Positions 1-15,226 are shown, counted from the stretch's first letter. The stretch is DNA of 64,000 nt from Alphaproteobacteria bacterium (GCA_964291215.2 OZ219791.1:1824001-1888000), one strand, 5' to 3'. The notes: generated by a model from the letters alone, not told the origin. Numbers and translations are program-made.

Positions 1-1287
1 CATGATCTGTATGTGGAAACGCATCTCGGAGGCGGCGCGCTGATGAAGCGCAAGGCCGGGTGATGGCGACGGGCGGCGCGCGAGGAGTTCGAAGCGGCCA
101 AGATCGCGGCGCTGCCGGCAAGGTGGCGGAAGAGGCCGTGATCCGCGTCCTCCTGCTCGACATCATCATCGTCGTCCTTCTGGAGAAGACTACGCACGAG
201 CCGGAACTCCGGTCTGCCGCCGTCACAGACGGACAAGGACGAGAGCGTGCCGGAAGCAACGGCAAGGGCCCGAAGCCGAACCGGCAGATGGGCGACAACC
301 TGCGCAAGACCATCGTCGAGGAGACGGTCGCGGCCTGCGACGCCTGCGGCGCTGACATCGACGGCCCCGTCGATCGGGAGCGCCGCACGACATCGTGTTC
401 GAGGTCGTCGAGCGCCGCGCCGAGGAATGCCCGAAGTGCAAGGCCCGGGGCCGGTTCCCCGACAACATCCCGTGCAGTACGGCATCGGCATCCAGGCCCT
501 CGTCATCAACCTGCTGGTCGCCCAGATGCTGTCCCTGCGCCGTCGCGTTCGTGCAGGCGATCTCCGGCATCAAGCTCTCCGAGGCCTCGGCTATGCTTTC
601 ACGATGCGTCATGGGAGGAGGCCGCCGTGGCGTACCTCCTGCAACGCCCGATGTCGATGATTTCGGATCAACAGCAAGTGGTTTCATGTCGTGGGACCCT
701 GACGTGCAAGTTCCCGCACCGCAAGCGCGGGCAAGAGATCGGCCCGTGCTACAAGGACGTCCTGGGCCTCGTACATGGGCCAGTGTAGCCACCTGCTGCG
801 CGAACTGACCTTTGTCGTCGAGGCTACCGCGCGACTGATGAAGAGCCTGCTCCGCGAGGTCTGCCACAAGGTCAACAAGAGCGCATCCAAAACCCTGAAC
901 GACGCCGGGCGCAAGCGCTACCGCACCATCAGGGCGCCAGGGAACTGCCCGACATCCCGACGAAAGGAAAACGTGGACGCAAGTCCGACGCGCACAACCT
1001 GCACGAACGTCTCGTGAAACACGAAAACCTGCGCTTCACAGACGACCCCAACGTCAGCTTCACCAACAATGCCGGAGAACAGAAAATCAGGATGGCAAAG
1101 GTCAAGGTGTCCGGATGCTTCCGCTCCACGCAAAAGCATGGTGCCGGAGCTCAAGCTACCTCACCTCCATGGCCGCACTCGGCTACAACCCACTCGTCGC
1201 CACCCAGATCGCCCTCGACGGGAAAGCCGCAGACATCATCAACGAGCACTACGACCAATCAGAACCCAACTAGGGGTGAGTAGATAC
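1..1287 (+). mobile_element. IS66-family element copy 1 (left end outside window), eroded transposase plus DNA methyltransferase remnant
   Basis: Right end GGGGTGAGTAGATAC at 1287. Frameshifted IS66 motifs (LCGSHLLREL in copy 3, FTNNAGEQKIRMAKVK..SGCFR). Near-identical to 41066-42500 and 54056-55685. Confidence 0.85.
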
Positions 1288-1493
1288 ATCCATTGATCGT
1301 CAACCGACAGGATACGCACCGCCGAGGTCGCCAAAATCTCCTCGGCGGCTGGTGTCGAACCCGCCGCACCAGGAGCCGCCTCACAAGCTGACAGAATTCA
1401 ACGGAATGTAGTGCCATGTTGAAATTGGCCGACAAAAAATTTCGTTATATCAACGTGATAAAAATTCCAGGCCGCAAAAAGTGCCAACTTGGG
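1288..1493 (+). mobile_element. IS1634-family right-end remnant, interrupted by IS66 copy 1
   Basis: Reverse complement of 22660-22796 plus 15169-15211; ends AAAAAGTGCCAACTTGGG. Confidence 0.75.
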
Positions 1494-1643
1494 GTCAGTG
1501 TTCGATTATGTGGTGGCGCTCCTTGATGGGGCGGATCGAACGAGTTGCTACCGGCACCAAATCCGGTTATGCCTGACAGGCATGGCGGTAGGCGGAACGG
1601 GACACGTAACCGGGCCGTGATTCGAGGAACGGAGGATGTGCCC

Positions 1644-3275
1644 TTGCCCAGGATGACGACCGGCGAGGCGGTGGCAAAGTCACTGGTTGCCCATGGCGTC
1701 GAGACGATTTTCGGTATTCCCGGCGCCCACATGTATGATTTCACCGACGCGATCGCGCGCGAGGAGGGGCTCGACTTCATCGTCACCCGCCATGAACAGG
1801 GGGCGGGATACATGGCGTTCGGCTACGCAAAATCGACCGGCCGGACCGGCGTCTATACGGTCGTTCCCGGGCCGGGCATGCTCAATTCCTCGGCAGCGCT
1901 TTGCACGGCCTATGGCGCGAACACGCCGGTGCTGTGCATAACCGGGAACATCATGACCCATTTGTTGGGCCGTGGACGCGGACAGCTTCACGAGCTGCCC
2001 GACCAGCTCGCCACTATGCGGTCGATTACCGGATGGGCCGAGCGCATAGACCATCCGACGGAGGCACCGCAGCGCGTTGCAGACGCATTTCGGAGGATGG
2101 GTGCCGGGCGTGTCTTCCCCACGGCTCTCGAGGCGCCTTGGGACGTTTTCGGGATGTCGGCGATCGTGGATCTTGACGTCGACCGGTCACTTCCCGCCCC
2201 ACCCGAGCCCGATCCGGACCGGATTGCCGAAGCCGCAACCCTGATCGCCGAGGCGGAGAATCCACTGATCGTGGTTGGGGCCGGCGCATACGGCGCGGCG
2301 GAGGAGGTTCTTGAACTTGCCGAAATGCTGCAGGCTCCCGTGACCGCCCAAAGGAGCGGCAAGGGCGTCGTCAGCAACGACCATCCGCTCGGCCTGCTGT
2401 CCGCCGCCGCGTACGAATACTGGCCGCGATGCGACGTTCTGGTCGGAATCGGCAGCCGCCTTGAGTTGGCCTACATGCGCTGGAGCTGGCAACCGAAGGG
2501 CCTCAGGACCGTCAGAATCGACATCGATCCGACTGAAATGGTGCGGGTGAAACCCGATGTCGGAATCGTCTCGGACGCGAAGGCCGGTGTGGCGGCGCTC
2601 ATCGACGCGCTCGGCAAGCGCATCGGCAGGCGGAACTCGCGGGCCGACGAGTTCCAGGGTTTCACGGAGACCGCAACCCGTGCGCTGGCGGGTGTCACGC
2701 CCCAGATTTCCTATCTGAATGCGATCCGCGACGTTCTTCCCCGGGACGGGTTCTTCGTCGAGGAAGTCAGCCAGATGGGGTTTACGGCGCGCGTTGGCTT
2801 TCCCGTTTACGAGCCGCGCCAATACGTGACGTGCGGCTACCAGGACAATCTCGGATACGGGTTTCATACGGCGCTCGGCGTCAAGATTGCCAATCCGGAC
2901 AGGTGCGTCGTCTGCGTGACCGGCGACGGGGGGTTCATGTTCGGGGTCCAGGAACTGGCCACGGCCGTCCAGCACGGCGTCAATCTCGTGACCGTGATCG
3001 TCAACAACAGCTCCTTCGGCAACGTCCGGCGCGATCAGATGACGCGGTTCGACGGGCGGCTTTTAGGCGCGGATCTGGTCAATCCCGATTTCGTGAAGAT
3101 GGCGGAGAGCTTCGGCGCCAAGGGTGTCCGGGTCGATGACCCCCGGTCGCTCGGGGCGGCAATCGCCGAAGGGTTCGGCGAAAGCGGGCCGGTGATCATC
3201 GAAATCCCGGTCGAACCCGGCAGCGAGACCTCACCCTGGCCCTTCGTTCACCCACCGCCGCCGGCCGGCGGGTAG
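1644..3275 (+). CDS. Thiamine pyrophosphate-dependent enzyme (acetolactate synthase large subunit-like)
   Basis: [15 protein letters not shown] and GDGGFMF...N TPP motifs; GGAGGA RBS before TTG 1644. Confidence 0.9.
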   Translation: MPRMTTGEAVAKSLVAHGVETIFGIPGAHMYDFTDAIAREEGLDFIVTRHEQGAGYMAFGYAKSTGRTGVYTVVPGPGMLNSSAALCTAYGANTPVLCITGNIMTHLLGRGRGQLHELPDQLATMRSITGWAERIDHPTEAPQRVADAFRRMGAGRVFPTALEAPWDVFGMSAIVDLDVDRSLPAPPEPDPDRIAEAATLIAEAENPLIVVGAGAYGAAEEVLELAEMLQAPVTAQRSGKGVVSNDHPLGLLSAAAYEYWPRCDVLVGIGSRLELAYMRWSWQPKGLRTVRIDIDPTEMVRVKPDVGIVSDAKAGVAALIDALGKRIGRRNSRADEFQGFTETATRALAGVTPQISYLNAIRDVLPRDGFFVEEVSQMGFTARVGFPVYEPRQYVTCGYQDNLGYGFHTALGVKIANPDRCVVCVTGDGGFMFGVQELATAVQHGVNLVTVIVNNSSFGNVRRDQMTRFDGRLLGADLVNPDFVKMAESFGAKGVRVDDPRSLGAAIAEGFGESGPVIIEIPVEPGSETSPWPFVHPPPPAGG

Positions 3276-3472
3276 GCTGCGGACTTCCGGTCGCGCGGCG
3301 GCTGTTCGCCGATGTCGTCGGCGTCCCCGACGGGCGGGCGTCCTGGCCGGCGTGCACGGCTTCGGCCGGGCGCGGTGTGCGGACCGGCGAGGGCGGTGGC
3401 GAACGGGTATCTGGTCGATTTGCCTCTACCGGCATGTTACCTATGGAGTATCGCAGAGACCGGAGAGTGGTC

Positions 3473-4786
3473 ATGGATGGGCAGACGACATCGACACGGC
3501 TCGCATACCAGTCCGGATTCGGCAACGAGTTCGCCACAGAAGCGTTGTCCGGAACCCTTCCCGACGGGCGCAACTCCCCGCAGCAGGTGCGGCACGGCCT
3601 CTATGCCGAGCAATTGAGCGGCACGGCGTTTACGCAGCCCCGGTCCGAAAACCGGCGGAGCTGGATGTACCGCATCCAGCCGTCGGCGAAGCATGGCAGC
3701 TTCCGGCGCATCGACAACGGGATGTGGCGGACCCCGGCGTTCAGCGAGGGCGTGCTCTCGCCCCAGCAGATGCGCTGGGACCCGTTTCCGATCCCCGACG
3801 GCGACATCGATTTGATTGCCGGCATGCATACGATAGGCGGGAACGGCGATGCAGGTGCGCAGGCCGGAATCGGGATTCACGTCTATACCGCGACGGTCTC
3901 GATGAAAAACCGGTATTTCTGCAATGCAGATGGCGAGATGCTGTTCGTGCCCCAGCAGGGCGCACTTCGTCTGATGACCGAGATGGGAGTGATCGAGGCG
4001 TTACCCAACGAGATCGTCATCGTCCCGCGAGGCGTCAAGTTCCGGGCGGATCTCCCGGACGGATTGTCGCGCGGTTACGTGTGCGAGAATTTCGGCGCCG
4101 CGCTGCGCTTGCCCGATCTCGGCCCGATCGGTTCGAACGGGCTTGCCAATCCGCGCGATTTCCTTGTGCCGGTCGCGTCCTTCGAGGATGTCGAGGGGCA
4201 GTTCGAACTCGTCTTCAAGTTTGGCGGCAATCTGTGGGCGACCGATATCGCCCATTCTCCTCTCGATGTCGTGGCCTGGCACGGAAACCTCTCTCCCTGC
4301 AAGTACGGCCTCGCGAAGTTCATGGCCATCGGAACGATCAGCTTCGACCATCCCGATCCGTCGATCTTCACGGTACTGACCTCTCCCTCCGGGCCGGCTG
4401 GTCTGGCCAATGTCGATTTCGTGATCTTCCCGCCGCGCTGGCTCGTAGCCGAGGACACGTTCCGGCCGCCCTGGTATCACCGCAACGTCATGAGCGAATT
4501 CATGGGCCTGATTTTCGGCCAGTATGACGCCAAACCCGAGGGTTTCCTGCCGGGCGGCGCAAGCCTGCACAACTGCATGTCGGCGCACGGCCCGGATGTC
4601 GATGCCTACCGGCGGGCGACGGAGACCGATCTCGAGCCCGTATACATCCCGAACACAATGGCCTTCATGTTCGAGACCAGATATCCGATACGCCTTACCG
4701 ACTGGGCTGTCGGCAGCTCTCAGATCCAGGAAGCCTACGCGGACTGCTGGCAGACTCTCTCGAGAAACTTCACGGGAACGTCATGA
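3473..4786 (+). CDS. hmgA: Homogentisate 1,2-dioxygenase
   Basis: [48 protein letters not shown]. Confidence 0.97.
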   Translation: MDGQTTSTRLAYQSGFGNEFATEALSGTLPDGRNSPQQVRHGLYAEQLSGTAFTQPRSENRRSWMYRIQPSAKHGSFRRIDNGMWRTPAFSEGVLSPQQMRWDPFPIPDGDIDLIAGMHTIGGNGDAGAQAGIGIHVYTATVSMKNRYFCNADGEMLFVPQQGALRLMTEMGVIEALPNEIVIVPRGVKFRADLPDGLSRGYVCENFGAALRLPDLGPIGSNGLANPRDFLVPVASFEDVEGQFELVFKFGGNLWATDIAHSPLDVVAWHGNLSPCKYGLAKFMAIGTISFDHPDPSIFTVLTSPSGPAGLANVDFVIFPPRWLVAEDTFRPPWYHRNVMSEFMGLIFGQYDAKPEGFLPGGASLHNCMSAHGPDVDAYRRATETDLEPVYIPNTMAFMFETRYPIRLTDWAVGSSQIQEAYADCWQTLSRNFTGTS

Positions 4787-6108
4787 TGCCGCAGTTGAAC
4801 GAGACCCACGATCCCGCACTTGCCAGCTGGGTCGACAGCGCCAATCAGCCGGACTGCGATTATCCGGTCCAGAACCTGCCGTTCGGCATCTATGGCGATC
4901 CGAAGACGGGGCGCGGCAAGGTCGGCGTGGCGATCGGCGACCGCATTTTCGATGTGGCGGCCGCCAACGCTCGCGGACTTCTCGGTGGTACCGCGGATCC
5001 GGCAGGGATGGCGTGCGACGCGGATACGCTGAATCCGCTCCTGGTTTTGGGCGGGCATCACTGGTCCGCGCTGCGGGCCGGACTCTCGCGGGCGCTCAGG
5101 TCCGGCACGGAGGAGGGCAGGCTGGCCGAGGCCGAGGCCGACGATCTCCTTGTCCTGATGGCCGATGTCGAGATGCGCCTGCCGGCCCACATCGGCGACT
5201 TCACGGACTTCTATTCGTCGATCCATCACGCCACCAATGTCGGCAGGATGCTGAGACCCGACAATCCGCTGATGCCGAACTACAAGTATATTCCTGTCGC
5301 CTATCATGGCCGGGCCTCCTCGGTCGCGTTGAGCGGGCAAGTCTGCCGGCGCCCCGTCGGGCAATTCCGGCCGGGCGATGCTGCCGAACCGTCATTTGGC
5401 CCGTCGCGGGCGCTGGACTTTGAAACCGAGATCGGAGTCTATGTCGGGCCGGGCAACCCGCTCGGCCAACCGATATCGATCGACGAAGCCGAGGATCACC
5501 TGTTCGGGTTGTGCATCCTGAATGACTGGTCTGCGCGCGACATCCAAGGCTGGGAATACCAGCCTCTCGGACCGTTCCTGGCCAAGAGCTTCGCCTCGCA
5601 CGTTTCGCCCTGGGTGGTCACGCTCGAGGCTCTGGCTCCGTTCCGCTGTCCCGCGCCCGCGCGTCCGGATGGCGATCCGTCGCCGTTGCCCTACCTGTCG
5701 TCTGATGCGAACGAGAAGGAAGGCGGATTCGACATCCAGATAGCGGTCTCGCTCGCGTCGGCGCGGATGTGCGCTGACGGAATTCCGCCGATTGATATCG
5801 CCTTGACGAACATGCAGAATCTCTACTGGACGATCTTCCAGATGCTGGCGCATCACGCGTCGAACGGGTGCAATATGCGTCCAGGCGACCTGATCGGAAC
5901 GGGCACGATTTCAGGGCCGACCGAACAGGCTCTGGGCAGCATCCTCGAGATCACCAAACGCGGATCGCAGCCGCTTAGCCTGCCGACCGGGGAGGAACGG
6001 AGATTCCTCGAAGACGGAGACGAGTTGATCATGCAGGCATGGTGCGAGGGCGACGGCCGGCGGCGGATCGGTTTCGGCGAATGCCGCGCGGTGATCGAAG
6101 GTCCGTAG
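4783..6108 (+). CDS. fahA: Fumarylacetoacetase
   Basis: [38 protein letters not shown]; overlaps hmgA stop. Confidence 0.96.
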   Translation: MMPQLNETHDPALASWVDSANQPDCDYPVQNLPFGIYGDPKTGRGKVGVAIGDRIFDVAAANARGLLGGTADPAGMACDADTLNPLLVLGGHHWSALRAGLSRALRSGTEEGRLAEAEADDLLVLMADVEMRLPAHIGDFTDFYSSIHHATNVGRMLRPDNPLMPNYKYIPVAYHGRASSVALSGQVCRRPVGQFRPGDAAEPSFGPSRALDFETEIGVYVGPGNPLGQPISIDEAEDHLFGLCILNDWSARDIQGWEYQPLGPFLAKSFASHVSPWVVTLEALAPFRCPAPARPDGDPSPLPYLSSDANEKEGGFDIQIAVSLASARMCADGIPPIDIALTNMQNLYWTIFQMLAHHASNGCNMRPGDLIGTGTISGPTEQALGSILEITKRGSQPLSLPTGEERRFLEDGDELIMQAWCEGDGRRRIGFGECRAVIEGP

Positions 6109-6236
6109 GCGCGCAGGCGCTGCGTCCAGGGTTCCCGAATGGTCCGACCTCCTTCACGCGAGTGCGTCGCCTTGACCGGTTGGTGGGACGGTGCCGGAAC
6201 CCGCAGCTGCTGGCTGGCTGAATTCCGGGCTGAGAG

Positions 6237-6800
6237 ATGAAGCCGACGGCGGTGCCTGCGCGGCGCGAGAACGAAGAACCGGTGGACTGGTCGCGGGTCG
6301 TGTTCGACCGCCTGGTCGATGCCGGAGTCTCTCTGTTTGCCTATGTTCCCGATGCCGGCAACGCCGAAATCGTGCGGCTGGCCGAAGAGCACAACGCGTC
6401 CCACGCGATTCTTCTTTCGAGCGAGCAGGAGGGGGTCGCGCTGTGCTGCGGGGCCGACCTTGTTGGCGGCCGCGGGGTTCTTCTGATGCAGTCCTCGGGT
6501 GTCGGCAATTGCCCGAACATGTTGTCGCTGATCAAGGCCGGGAGCTTCCCGCTGCTCATGATCGTGACCATGCGCGGCGACTACGGCGAACAGAATCCGT
6601 GGCAGTATCCTATGGGCCAGGCCGTGGAGCCGGTGCTTGGCGCGATGGGAGTTCAGACCATTCGTGTCGAGAATCGGCGCGACCTCGAGGGCGCGGTCGA
6701 TTCGGCACTTTCGGCTGTGTTCAAGGCGGGGCAGTGCGTTGCGCTTGTCCTTTCGCAGAAATTTCTCGGCGCCAAGGACTTCGACATCGCAACCGCGTGA
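6237..6800 (+). CDS. Sulfopyruvate/phosphonopyruvate decarboxylase alpha-subunit-like protein (TPP PYR domain)
   Basis: AYVPD, EQEGVAL..GA, MQSSGVGN, MRGDYGEQNPWQ. Confidence 0.8.
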   Translation: MKPTAVPARRENEEPVDWSRVVFDRLVDAGVSLFAYVPDAGNAEIVRLAEEHNASHAILLSSEQEGVALCCGADLVGGRGVLLMQSSGVGNCPNMLSLIKAGSFPLLMIVTMRGDYGEQNPWQYPMGQAVEPVLGAMGVQTIRVENRRDLEGAVDSALSAVFKAGQCVALVLSQKFLGAKDFDIATA

Positions 6801-6882
6801 TGACCACTGGCCGCATGCTGCTTGCCCTCAGGCAGGCGGCGGAGCTGCGGGTTTTGTCGACTGGTGCTGACCATCCGTGTCC

Positions 6883-7419
6883 CTACCGTGGTGCCGGCGG
6901 ATCCCAGCCGCTTCCGGCGGCGCTCAGAAGGATTTTCGCGCAGGCTTCTGAGTCCGAACCTGGTTCATGGTGGTTGAGCGAGATGTTCAGGTGCCGGCAA
7001 ACGTTCGGGAGCTTGGTCGGGCGGATGCCAAAAATGGACCGAGTCACCTGCACCGTACAGACGAAACCCTGTCGTGGCTGGGCCAGTCCGTAATGCTCGC
7101 AGCAGGCATGGAGCACCTTGCGGTCAAACTGCGTGTTGTGCGCCGCAAGAAAGTCCACATCGGACAGTTCGGGATACAGATCCGCCCAGACCTCCGCGAA
7201 GGTCGATTTGTCCCGCACATCCTTCCACCTGAGGCCATGGATATGGGTAAACGCGAACTCCCTGTTCGGCGGCCGAATCAGGCGAGTTCGCTGCGCCACG
7301 ATTCTGCCCTGGCGCACGATCGAGACTCCAACTGCGCACGCGCTGTCGGAAAAGTGGTTCGCGGTTTCGAAATCGATGGCCGCGAAGTCGTAACTGATGG
7401 TTCGTGCCGTTCGCATCAT
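6883..7419 (-). CDS. DEDDh 3'-5' exonuclease (DNA Pol III epsilon-like)
   Basis: AIDFETAN, AHN..FD, HH...SDSEAC. Confidence 0.9.
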   Translation of the reverse strand: MMRTARTISYDFAAIDFETANHFSDSACAVGVSIVRQGRIVAQRTRLIRPPNREFAFTHIHGLRWKDVRDKSTFAEVWADLYPELSDVDFLAAHNTQFDRKVLHACCEHYGLAQPRQGFVCTVQVTRSIFGIRPTKLPNVCRHLNISLNHHEPGSDSEACAKILLSAAGSGWDPPAPR

Positions 7420-7530
7420 CGGATTGTGTTGGAAGAACTCGCGCGTTTCAAGGTGTCCTGAACCTTCTGTCGCTTGCGTCGGCCAAATTACCGAAAGCCG
7501 CGGTGCGCTGGCGCAGCCGGAGGCGGAGAA

Positions 7531-8826
7531 TCAGTCGGGGTGGATTCTCTCGCCGTGCGCGGTGAGGTCGAGCCCTTCGATTTCGTCCTCTTCGCTTATC
7601 CGGAGGCCGATGATGCCGCCGATGGCCTTGATGATGATCCAACTGATCACCAGCGACCAAACGACGGTAACAACTAGGCCGAACGCCTGTGCGCCGAGTT
7701 GCTTGCCCATGGTCATTCCGTCGCCCAGCCCCATGCCGCCCAGAGCGGCTGCGCCGAAGAAGGAGGTCAGCAGGATGCCGAGCGCACCGCCGACGCCATG
7801 CACGGCAAACACGTCGAGCGAATCGTCGATCTTGATCTTCTGCTTGATGAAGCTGACGGCCCAGAAGCACACGGAGCCGGCAAGGAAGCCGAATACCAGC
7901 CCGCCGATCGGGCCGACAAAACCCGATCCCGGGGTTATGGTCGCCAGCCCGGCGACCATTCCGGTGACGATCCCGACCAGGCTCGGCTTGCCGTATTTCA
8001 CCCATTCAATGCCGGCCCAGACGATTGAGGCGGTCGCAGCCGATATGTGGGTCACGAGCAGCGCCATGCCTGCGCCGCCATCGGCGGCGAGTGCGGATCC
8101 GCCGTTGAAACCGAACCAGCCGACCCACAGCATCGCCGCGCCCATCATCGTGAGCCCGGGATGATGCGGAGGTTGCACGTCGCCCGGAAAGCCGCGCCGG
8201 CCGCCGAGAACATGGGCGATCACCAGCGCCGAGACGCCCGCCGTGACGTGGACCACGAGCCCGCCGGCAAAATCCTTGACGCCGAGATCGGCCAGCCAGC
8301 CGCCACCCCAGATCCAGTGGCAGACTGGGGCATAGACCAGGATGAGCCAGACCGCGCTGAACCAGAGCACGGCCGAAAACTTGATGCGTTCGACATAGGC
8401 GCCGACGATCAGCGCCGGCGTTATGACCGCAAACGTCATCTGGAAAGCGACGAAGACGCTTTCCGGAATCGATCCTGACAACGTTCCGGCTTCCATGCCC
8501 GACAGCAGAAATCTGCCGAGGCCGCCGATCCAGCGATTGGCGGCTCCGCCGTCGGCGAAGGACAGGCTGTATCCGACGACAATCCACAGAACCGACATCA
8601 GACACGCGATGGCGAAGCACTGCATCAGCACCGAGAGCAGGTTTCGCGCACGCACCAGGCCGCCATAGAAGAGCGCCAGCCCGGGCAGCGTCATGAACAG
8701 CACCAGGGCCGTCGAGGTCAGGATCCATGCCGTGTTGCCCGAATTGAGCGCGTCGGCGGTCTGCGCCATGGCCCGGCTTGGAAACGCCGCGATGAGAGCA
8801 AGAATTGGAAGGACGATCCTGTTCAT
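7531..8826 (-). CDS. amtB: Ammonium transporter
   Basis: FQMTFA, DFAGGLVVH, WFGFNGGS, DDSLDVFAVHGVGG. Confidence 0.96.
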   Translation of the reverse strand: MNRIVLPILALIAAFPSRAMAQTADALNSGNTAWILTSTALVLFMTLPGLALFYGGLVRARNLLSVLMQCFAIACLMSVLWIVVGYSLSFADGGAANRWIGGLGRFLLSGMEAGTLSGSIPESVFVAFQMTFAVITPALIVGAYVERIKFSAVLWFSAVWLILVYAPVCHWIWGGGWLADLGVKDFAGGLVVHVTAGVSALVIAHVLGGRRGFPGDVQPPHHPGLTMMGAAMLWVGWFGFNGGSALAADGGAGMALLVTHISAATASIVWAGIEWVKYGKPSLVGIVTGMVAGLATITPGSGFVGPIGGLVFGFLAGSVCFWAVSFIKQKIKIDDSLDVFAVHGVGGALGILLTSFFGAAALGGMGLGDGMTMGKQLGAQAFGLVVTVVWSLVISWIIIKAIGGIIGLRISEEDEIEGLDLTAHGERIHPD

Positions 8827-8889
8827 GGCACGTGTTCCCTGTCTTGATTCGTCATGCTGCCCCGAACTGCGCAGGCAGCGGCGCCCGTC

Positions 8890-9297
8890 CTAGGACCGGC
8901 TCTCCGCTGCGGCCTCGACTCTGGCCCGGGCGATCGACAGCTCGTTTTCGGCCCGTTGACGCACTGCGTCGTCTTCCGCTTCGCCGAGGGCCTCACGCGC
9001 TGCGGTTACACGCTGTTCGGCTGCCGCGAGATCTATGTCGTCGGAATCCACGGCCTCTTCCGCGAGCACCGTGCAGCGGTCGCCGGCAACCTCGGAAAAC
9101 CCGCTTGCGACGAAAATCTGCCTGACAACGGCCCCGCCGCCATGAATGTCGATGGTGCCGGGGCGAAGCGCCGAGATCAGGGGCGCATGTCCCTCCAGCA
9201 CGCCGAAATCTCCGTCCGCTCCGGGCACGACGACCATCTCGACTTCCTCGGACACCAAGAGCCGTTCCGGTGACACCAGTTCGAACAAAAGTGGCAT
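8890..9297 (-). CDS. atpC: F1 ATP synthase epsilon subunit
   Basis: FELVSPER, GVLEGHAPLIS; operon position. Confidence 0.95.
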   Translation of the reverse strand: MPLLFELVSPERLLVSEEVEMVVVPGADGDFGVLEGHAPLISALRPGTIDIHGGGAVVRQIFVASGFSEVAGDRCTVLAEEAVDSDDIDLAAAEQRVTAAREALGEAEDDAVRQRAENELSIARARVEAAAESRS

Positions 9298-9334
9298 GCT
9301 TGGTCTCCTGGCAGTTGCTCGCGACGCTTGCCGG

Positions 9335-11684
<2,350 letters not shown>

Positions 11685-11717
11685 GTGCGCCGCTTTCCGG
11701 TGATTGCGCCGGAAGGC

Positions 11718-13256
11718 TCAGGCAGCCGCGAACTGCTTGGCGTAATCGCCAAGGATCTCGCGAAGCTTGGCTTCGGTGGACTTGGAGAGTTCCTGTTCGT
11801 CGCGAATAGTAGCCAGCACGTCGCCGTGGCTGGCCCGCATTTCCGAGAGGAAGCCCTGCTCGAACCGCGAGATGTCGCCGACGCCGATGATGTCGAGATA
11901 GCCGTTGACGCCCGCGAAAATCGCCACCACCTGCTCCTCGATGGGGACTGGTTCGTATTGCGGCTGCTTGAGCAGCTCGGTCAGGCGTTCGCCGCGGCTC
12001 AGCAGGCGCTGGGTAGCGGCGTCGAGGTCGGAGGCAAACTGCGCGAACGCCGCCATCTCGCGGTACTGCGCGAGTTCCAGCTTGATCGAGCCCGCCACCT
12101 GCTTCATCGCCTTGATCTGGGCTGCCGATCCGACCCGGCTCACCGAAATCCCGACATTCACCGCAGGACGGACGCCGGAGTAGAATAGGTCGGTCTCGAG
12201 GAATATCTGGCCGTCAGTGATCGAGATCACGTTGGTCGGAATGTAGGCCGAGACGTCTCCGGCCTGGGTCTCAATGACGGGGAGAGCGGTCAGCGACCCT
12301 CCGCCATTGTCGGTATTCATCTTCGCCGCCCGCTCGAGGAGCCGTGAATGGAGATAGAAGACATCGCCCGGAAACGCCTCGCGGCCCGGTGGACGTCGCA
12401 GCAGCAGCGACATCTGTCGGTAGGCGATCGCCTGCTTGGAGAGATCGTCATAGATGATCAGGGCGTGCATGCTGTTGTCGCGGAAATACTCGCCGATCGT
12501 GCAGCCGCTGTAGGGGGCCAGGAACTGCAGCGGGGCCGGCTCCGAAGCCGTTGCCGCAACGACGACCGTGTAGTCCATCGCGCCCGCCTCTTCGAGCGAC
12601 TTGACGATCTGCGCCACCGTCGAGCGCTTCTGGCCGATGGCGACATAGATGCAGAACAGTTGGCGGTTGGCGTCGCCGTCGTCGAACGCCTTCTTCTGAT
12701 TGATGATGGTGTCGACGGCTATCGCCGTCTTGCCGGTTTGGCGATCGCCGATGATCAGTTCGCGCTGTCCGCGGCCGATTGGAATCAGGCTGTCGATGGC
12801 CTTGAGGCCGGTCTGCATGGGCTCGTGCACCGATTGCCGCGGGATGATGCCTGGCGCCTTCACATCGACGCGGCGCCGTTCCTCGGCGTCTATGGCGCCC
12901 TTGCCGTCGATCGGTTCGCCGAGCGCGTCGACGACGCGGCCGAGCATGCCCTTGCCGACCGGCACGTCGACGATCGAACCGGTTCGCTTGACCGTGTCTC
13001 CCTCGCGGATGCCGGCGTCGGAGCCGAAGATCACGACGCCAACATTGTCGGACTCGAGATTGAGCGCCATGCCCCGGATGCCGCCGGGGAACTCGACCAT
13101 CTCGCCGGCCTGCACGCTGTCGAGACCGTATACACGGGCAATGCCGTCGCCGACCGACAGGACTTCGCCGACCTCGGAAACCTCTGCCTCGGTCCCGAAA
13201 TTCGCGATCTGATCCTTGAGTATCGAAGAAATCTCCGCGGCGCGGATATCCATCAC
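11718..13256 (-). CDS. atpA: F1 ATP synthase alpha subunit
   Basis: [31 protein letters not shown]. Confidence 0.99.
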   Translation of the reverse strand: MMDIRAAEISSILKDQIANFGTEAEVSEVGEVLSVGDGIARVYGLDSVQAGEMVEFPGGIRGMALNLESDNVGVVIFGSDAGIREGDTVKRTGSIVDVPVGKGMLGRVVDALGEPIDGKGAIDAEERRRVDVKAPGIIPRQSVHEPMQTGLKAIDSLIPIGRGQRELIIGDRQTGKTAIAVDTIINQKKAFDDGDANRQLFCIYVAIGQKRSTVAQIVKSLEEAGAMDYTVVVAATASEPAPLQFLAPYSGCTIGEYFRDNSMHALIIYDDLSKQAIAYRQMSLLLRRPPGREAFPGDVFYLHSRLLERAAKMNTDNGGGSLTALPVIETQAGDVSAYIPTNVISITDGQIFLETDLFYSGVRPAVNVGISVSRVGSAAQIKAMKQVAGSIKLELAQYREMAAFAQFASDLDAATQRLLSRGERLTELLKQPQYEPVPIEEQVVAIFAGVNGYLDIIGVGDISRFEQGFLSEMRASHGDVLATIRDEQELSKSTEAKLREILGDYAKQFAAA

Positions 13257-13813
13257 GCTGTTCCCTTCAGTGAGAATTCAAGCCGTTGCAGTTTGGTCTG
13301 AAGCGACGAATCAACCATGCGCGAGCCGATCTTGACGATCATGCCGCCGAGAATGCCCTCGTCGACGCGCGCATCGATCGCGATACTGGCGCCCATTGCG
13401 CTGCGCAACTCGTCCTCGAGGGCGGTGCGTTGGACTTCCGTCAGCGGCTGCGCGGTCGTGACCTCGGCCGTCAGCTCGTTGCGTCGCGCCGCCAGCAGTT
13501 CGCGATAGGCCGCGCACATGCCGTCGAGCGCGAACAGGCGGCGGTTGCGCGCCACCGTGCCGACGAAACGCTGCACTAGGTCACCGGTCCCGGCCCTCTC
13601 GAGAACAGCGCCGATGGCGGCAGCCTGAGCCTCGCGCCGGATGACCGGACTCGAGACGAGCCGGCGCAGGTCCGCCGATTCGGCGAGCATCCCGCGAATT
13701 GCGGCGAGGTTGTCCGCGACGATGTCGAGTTCCTTGCGTTCTTCGGCAAGATCGAAAAGTGCGGCTGCGTAACGCGCAGCAACGCCCGGAACGCCTGGCG
13801 ATGTGGTCGACAC
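13253..13813 (-). CDS. atpH: F1 ATP synthase delta subunit
   Basis: [25 protein letters not shown]. Confidence 0.96.
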   Translation of the reverse strand: MSTTSPGVPGVAARYAAALFDLAEERKELDIVADNLAAIRGMLAESADLRRLVSSPVIRREAQAAAIGAVLERAGTGDLVQRFVGTVARNRRLFALDGMCAAYRELLAARRNELTAEVTTAQPLTEVQRTALEDELRSAMGASIAIDARVDEGILGGMIVKIGSRMVDSSLQTKLQRLEFSLKGTA

Positions 13814-14072
13814 TTGCTAACCCCGAAATTTCGGTTGGAAGGCGTTCAAGGCCTGAATAGCGGCTCGCGCGGGCATCTGGCGCTTCGCGAGCCATCCCGC
13901 GGCAGCCTTCGGAAAGGGCGGCATTAGGTAGCACGGAGGGCGGCGAGTTGCAACACTCCGGAGACCCTCGGGAAAAGGCCGTGGAAGTCCGGCCGCCGCC
14001 GGCCTGCTGCGCCCGCCGCCCGTCGTTCTGGCGCCGCCGGCGCCCGGCAGTAGCCTGCCTCCGGCACGCGCG

Positions 14073-14873
14073 TCAGACGGCCTTGACGGAGACCGAAACC
14101 TCCAGCGTCTCGTCGGCCGTGTCGCCGGCGCGCATCCCCCGCACCGGCGACGCCGAATCGTAGTCGAGCCCCACAGCGACGACGACATGGCGTTCGGACG
14201 ATGGCATGCCATTCGCCACGTCGAACCCGACCCAGCCCGTCTATCCATGCCTCGGCCCACGCGTGGCCGGCGTCGAAGGATCCGGCATGATCGCCGTTAT
14301 GGAGGTGTCCGAGGACATAGCGGGCCGGAACGCCGGCCTGGCGGGCGCAACCGATGAACATGTGCGTATGGTCCTGGCAGACGCCCTTGCCTTCGGCAAA
14401 TGATTCTGCTGCTGTCGAGTGGGCGTGGGTGACGCCGAGCTGATAGCGCACCCGCTCGCGGATGGCGGCCATGAGGCGGTCCAGCCCGCTGCGGCGGTCG
14501 GCGGAGAGCCGCGCATCAAAGCCGGCCGTGAAGTCGATCATTGCCGCATCGGGTGAGGTGCGCACCGACTGGCGCAGGAATACGGCGAGCGGCAGGTCGC
14601 TGCCGGCCGCGGACGTGGCGCCGTTGGGGTTCGTGGTCATGACCTCGCCTGCGGCGGTGATCACGATGCAGTCGGACGACCGGTCCAGGGTCAGCAGGTT
14701 GCAGGCGTTGCCGAATCCGTCGGTCCACGAGTTCAATTCGCCGCGGCTGTCGATGGTCCTGTCGAGGATGCTCTGGCCGGACCGGTTTGCGGCGTGAGCC
14801 GCAGCAGCTGCGCCAGGAATGCCGGCGCAACTGCATAGCGGTAGGTCGTGCGGTGAGAAATCCGGATGCGCAT
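14073..14873 (-). pseudogene. Transglutaminase-like protein, frameshifted
   Basis: MRIRISHRTTYRY start; GVCQDHTH and HAWAEAW catalytic motifs; split across frames. Confidence 0.85.
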
Positions 14874-15168
14874 TGCAGGATCGCCGCGTCATCATGAAAT
14901 CGCGCGAGAACCGCTGTCCGATCTCGGCGTTTCCGTCGATGAACTCCACGAGGAATTCGTGCAGGCCGTCATTGAAGATCTGTTCCATGCGCGCGAACTT
15001 GAGCGATGCATGCCGGAGCCCGGCAAGACGGCGCTCCACCGATCGCGGGTTCCCCGGGGCCTCGAAGGTGGCGATCAGGCGATCGTAGCAGGCGCGGAGC
15101 GACTGCGGCAGCTCGGCGTTGAGAATCACCAACTTGGCGACGCGGAAGGCGGTCACACGGTCGCGATA
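14870..15168 (-). pseudogene. Alpha-E domain protein (DUF403), 3' part
   Basis: YRDRVT...PQSL...GLHEFL..FI; continues 24368-25014 across the IS1634 insertion. Confidence 0.8.
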
Positions 15169-15226
15169 CCCAAGTCGGGACTTTTTGCGGCCTGGAATTT
15201 TTATCACGTTGCGCGATTTTTTTGTC

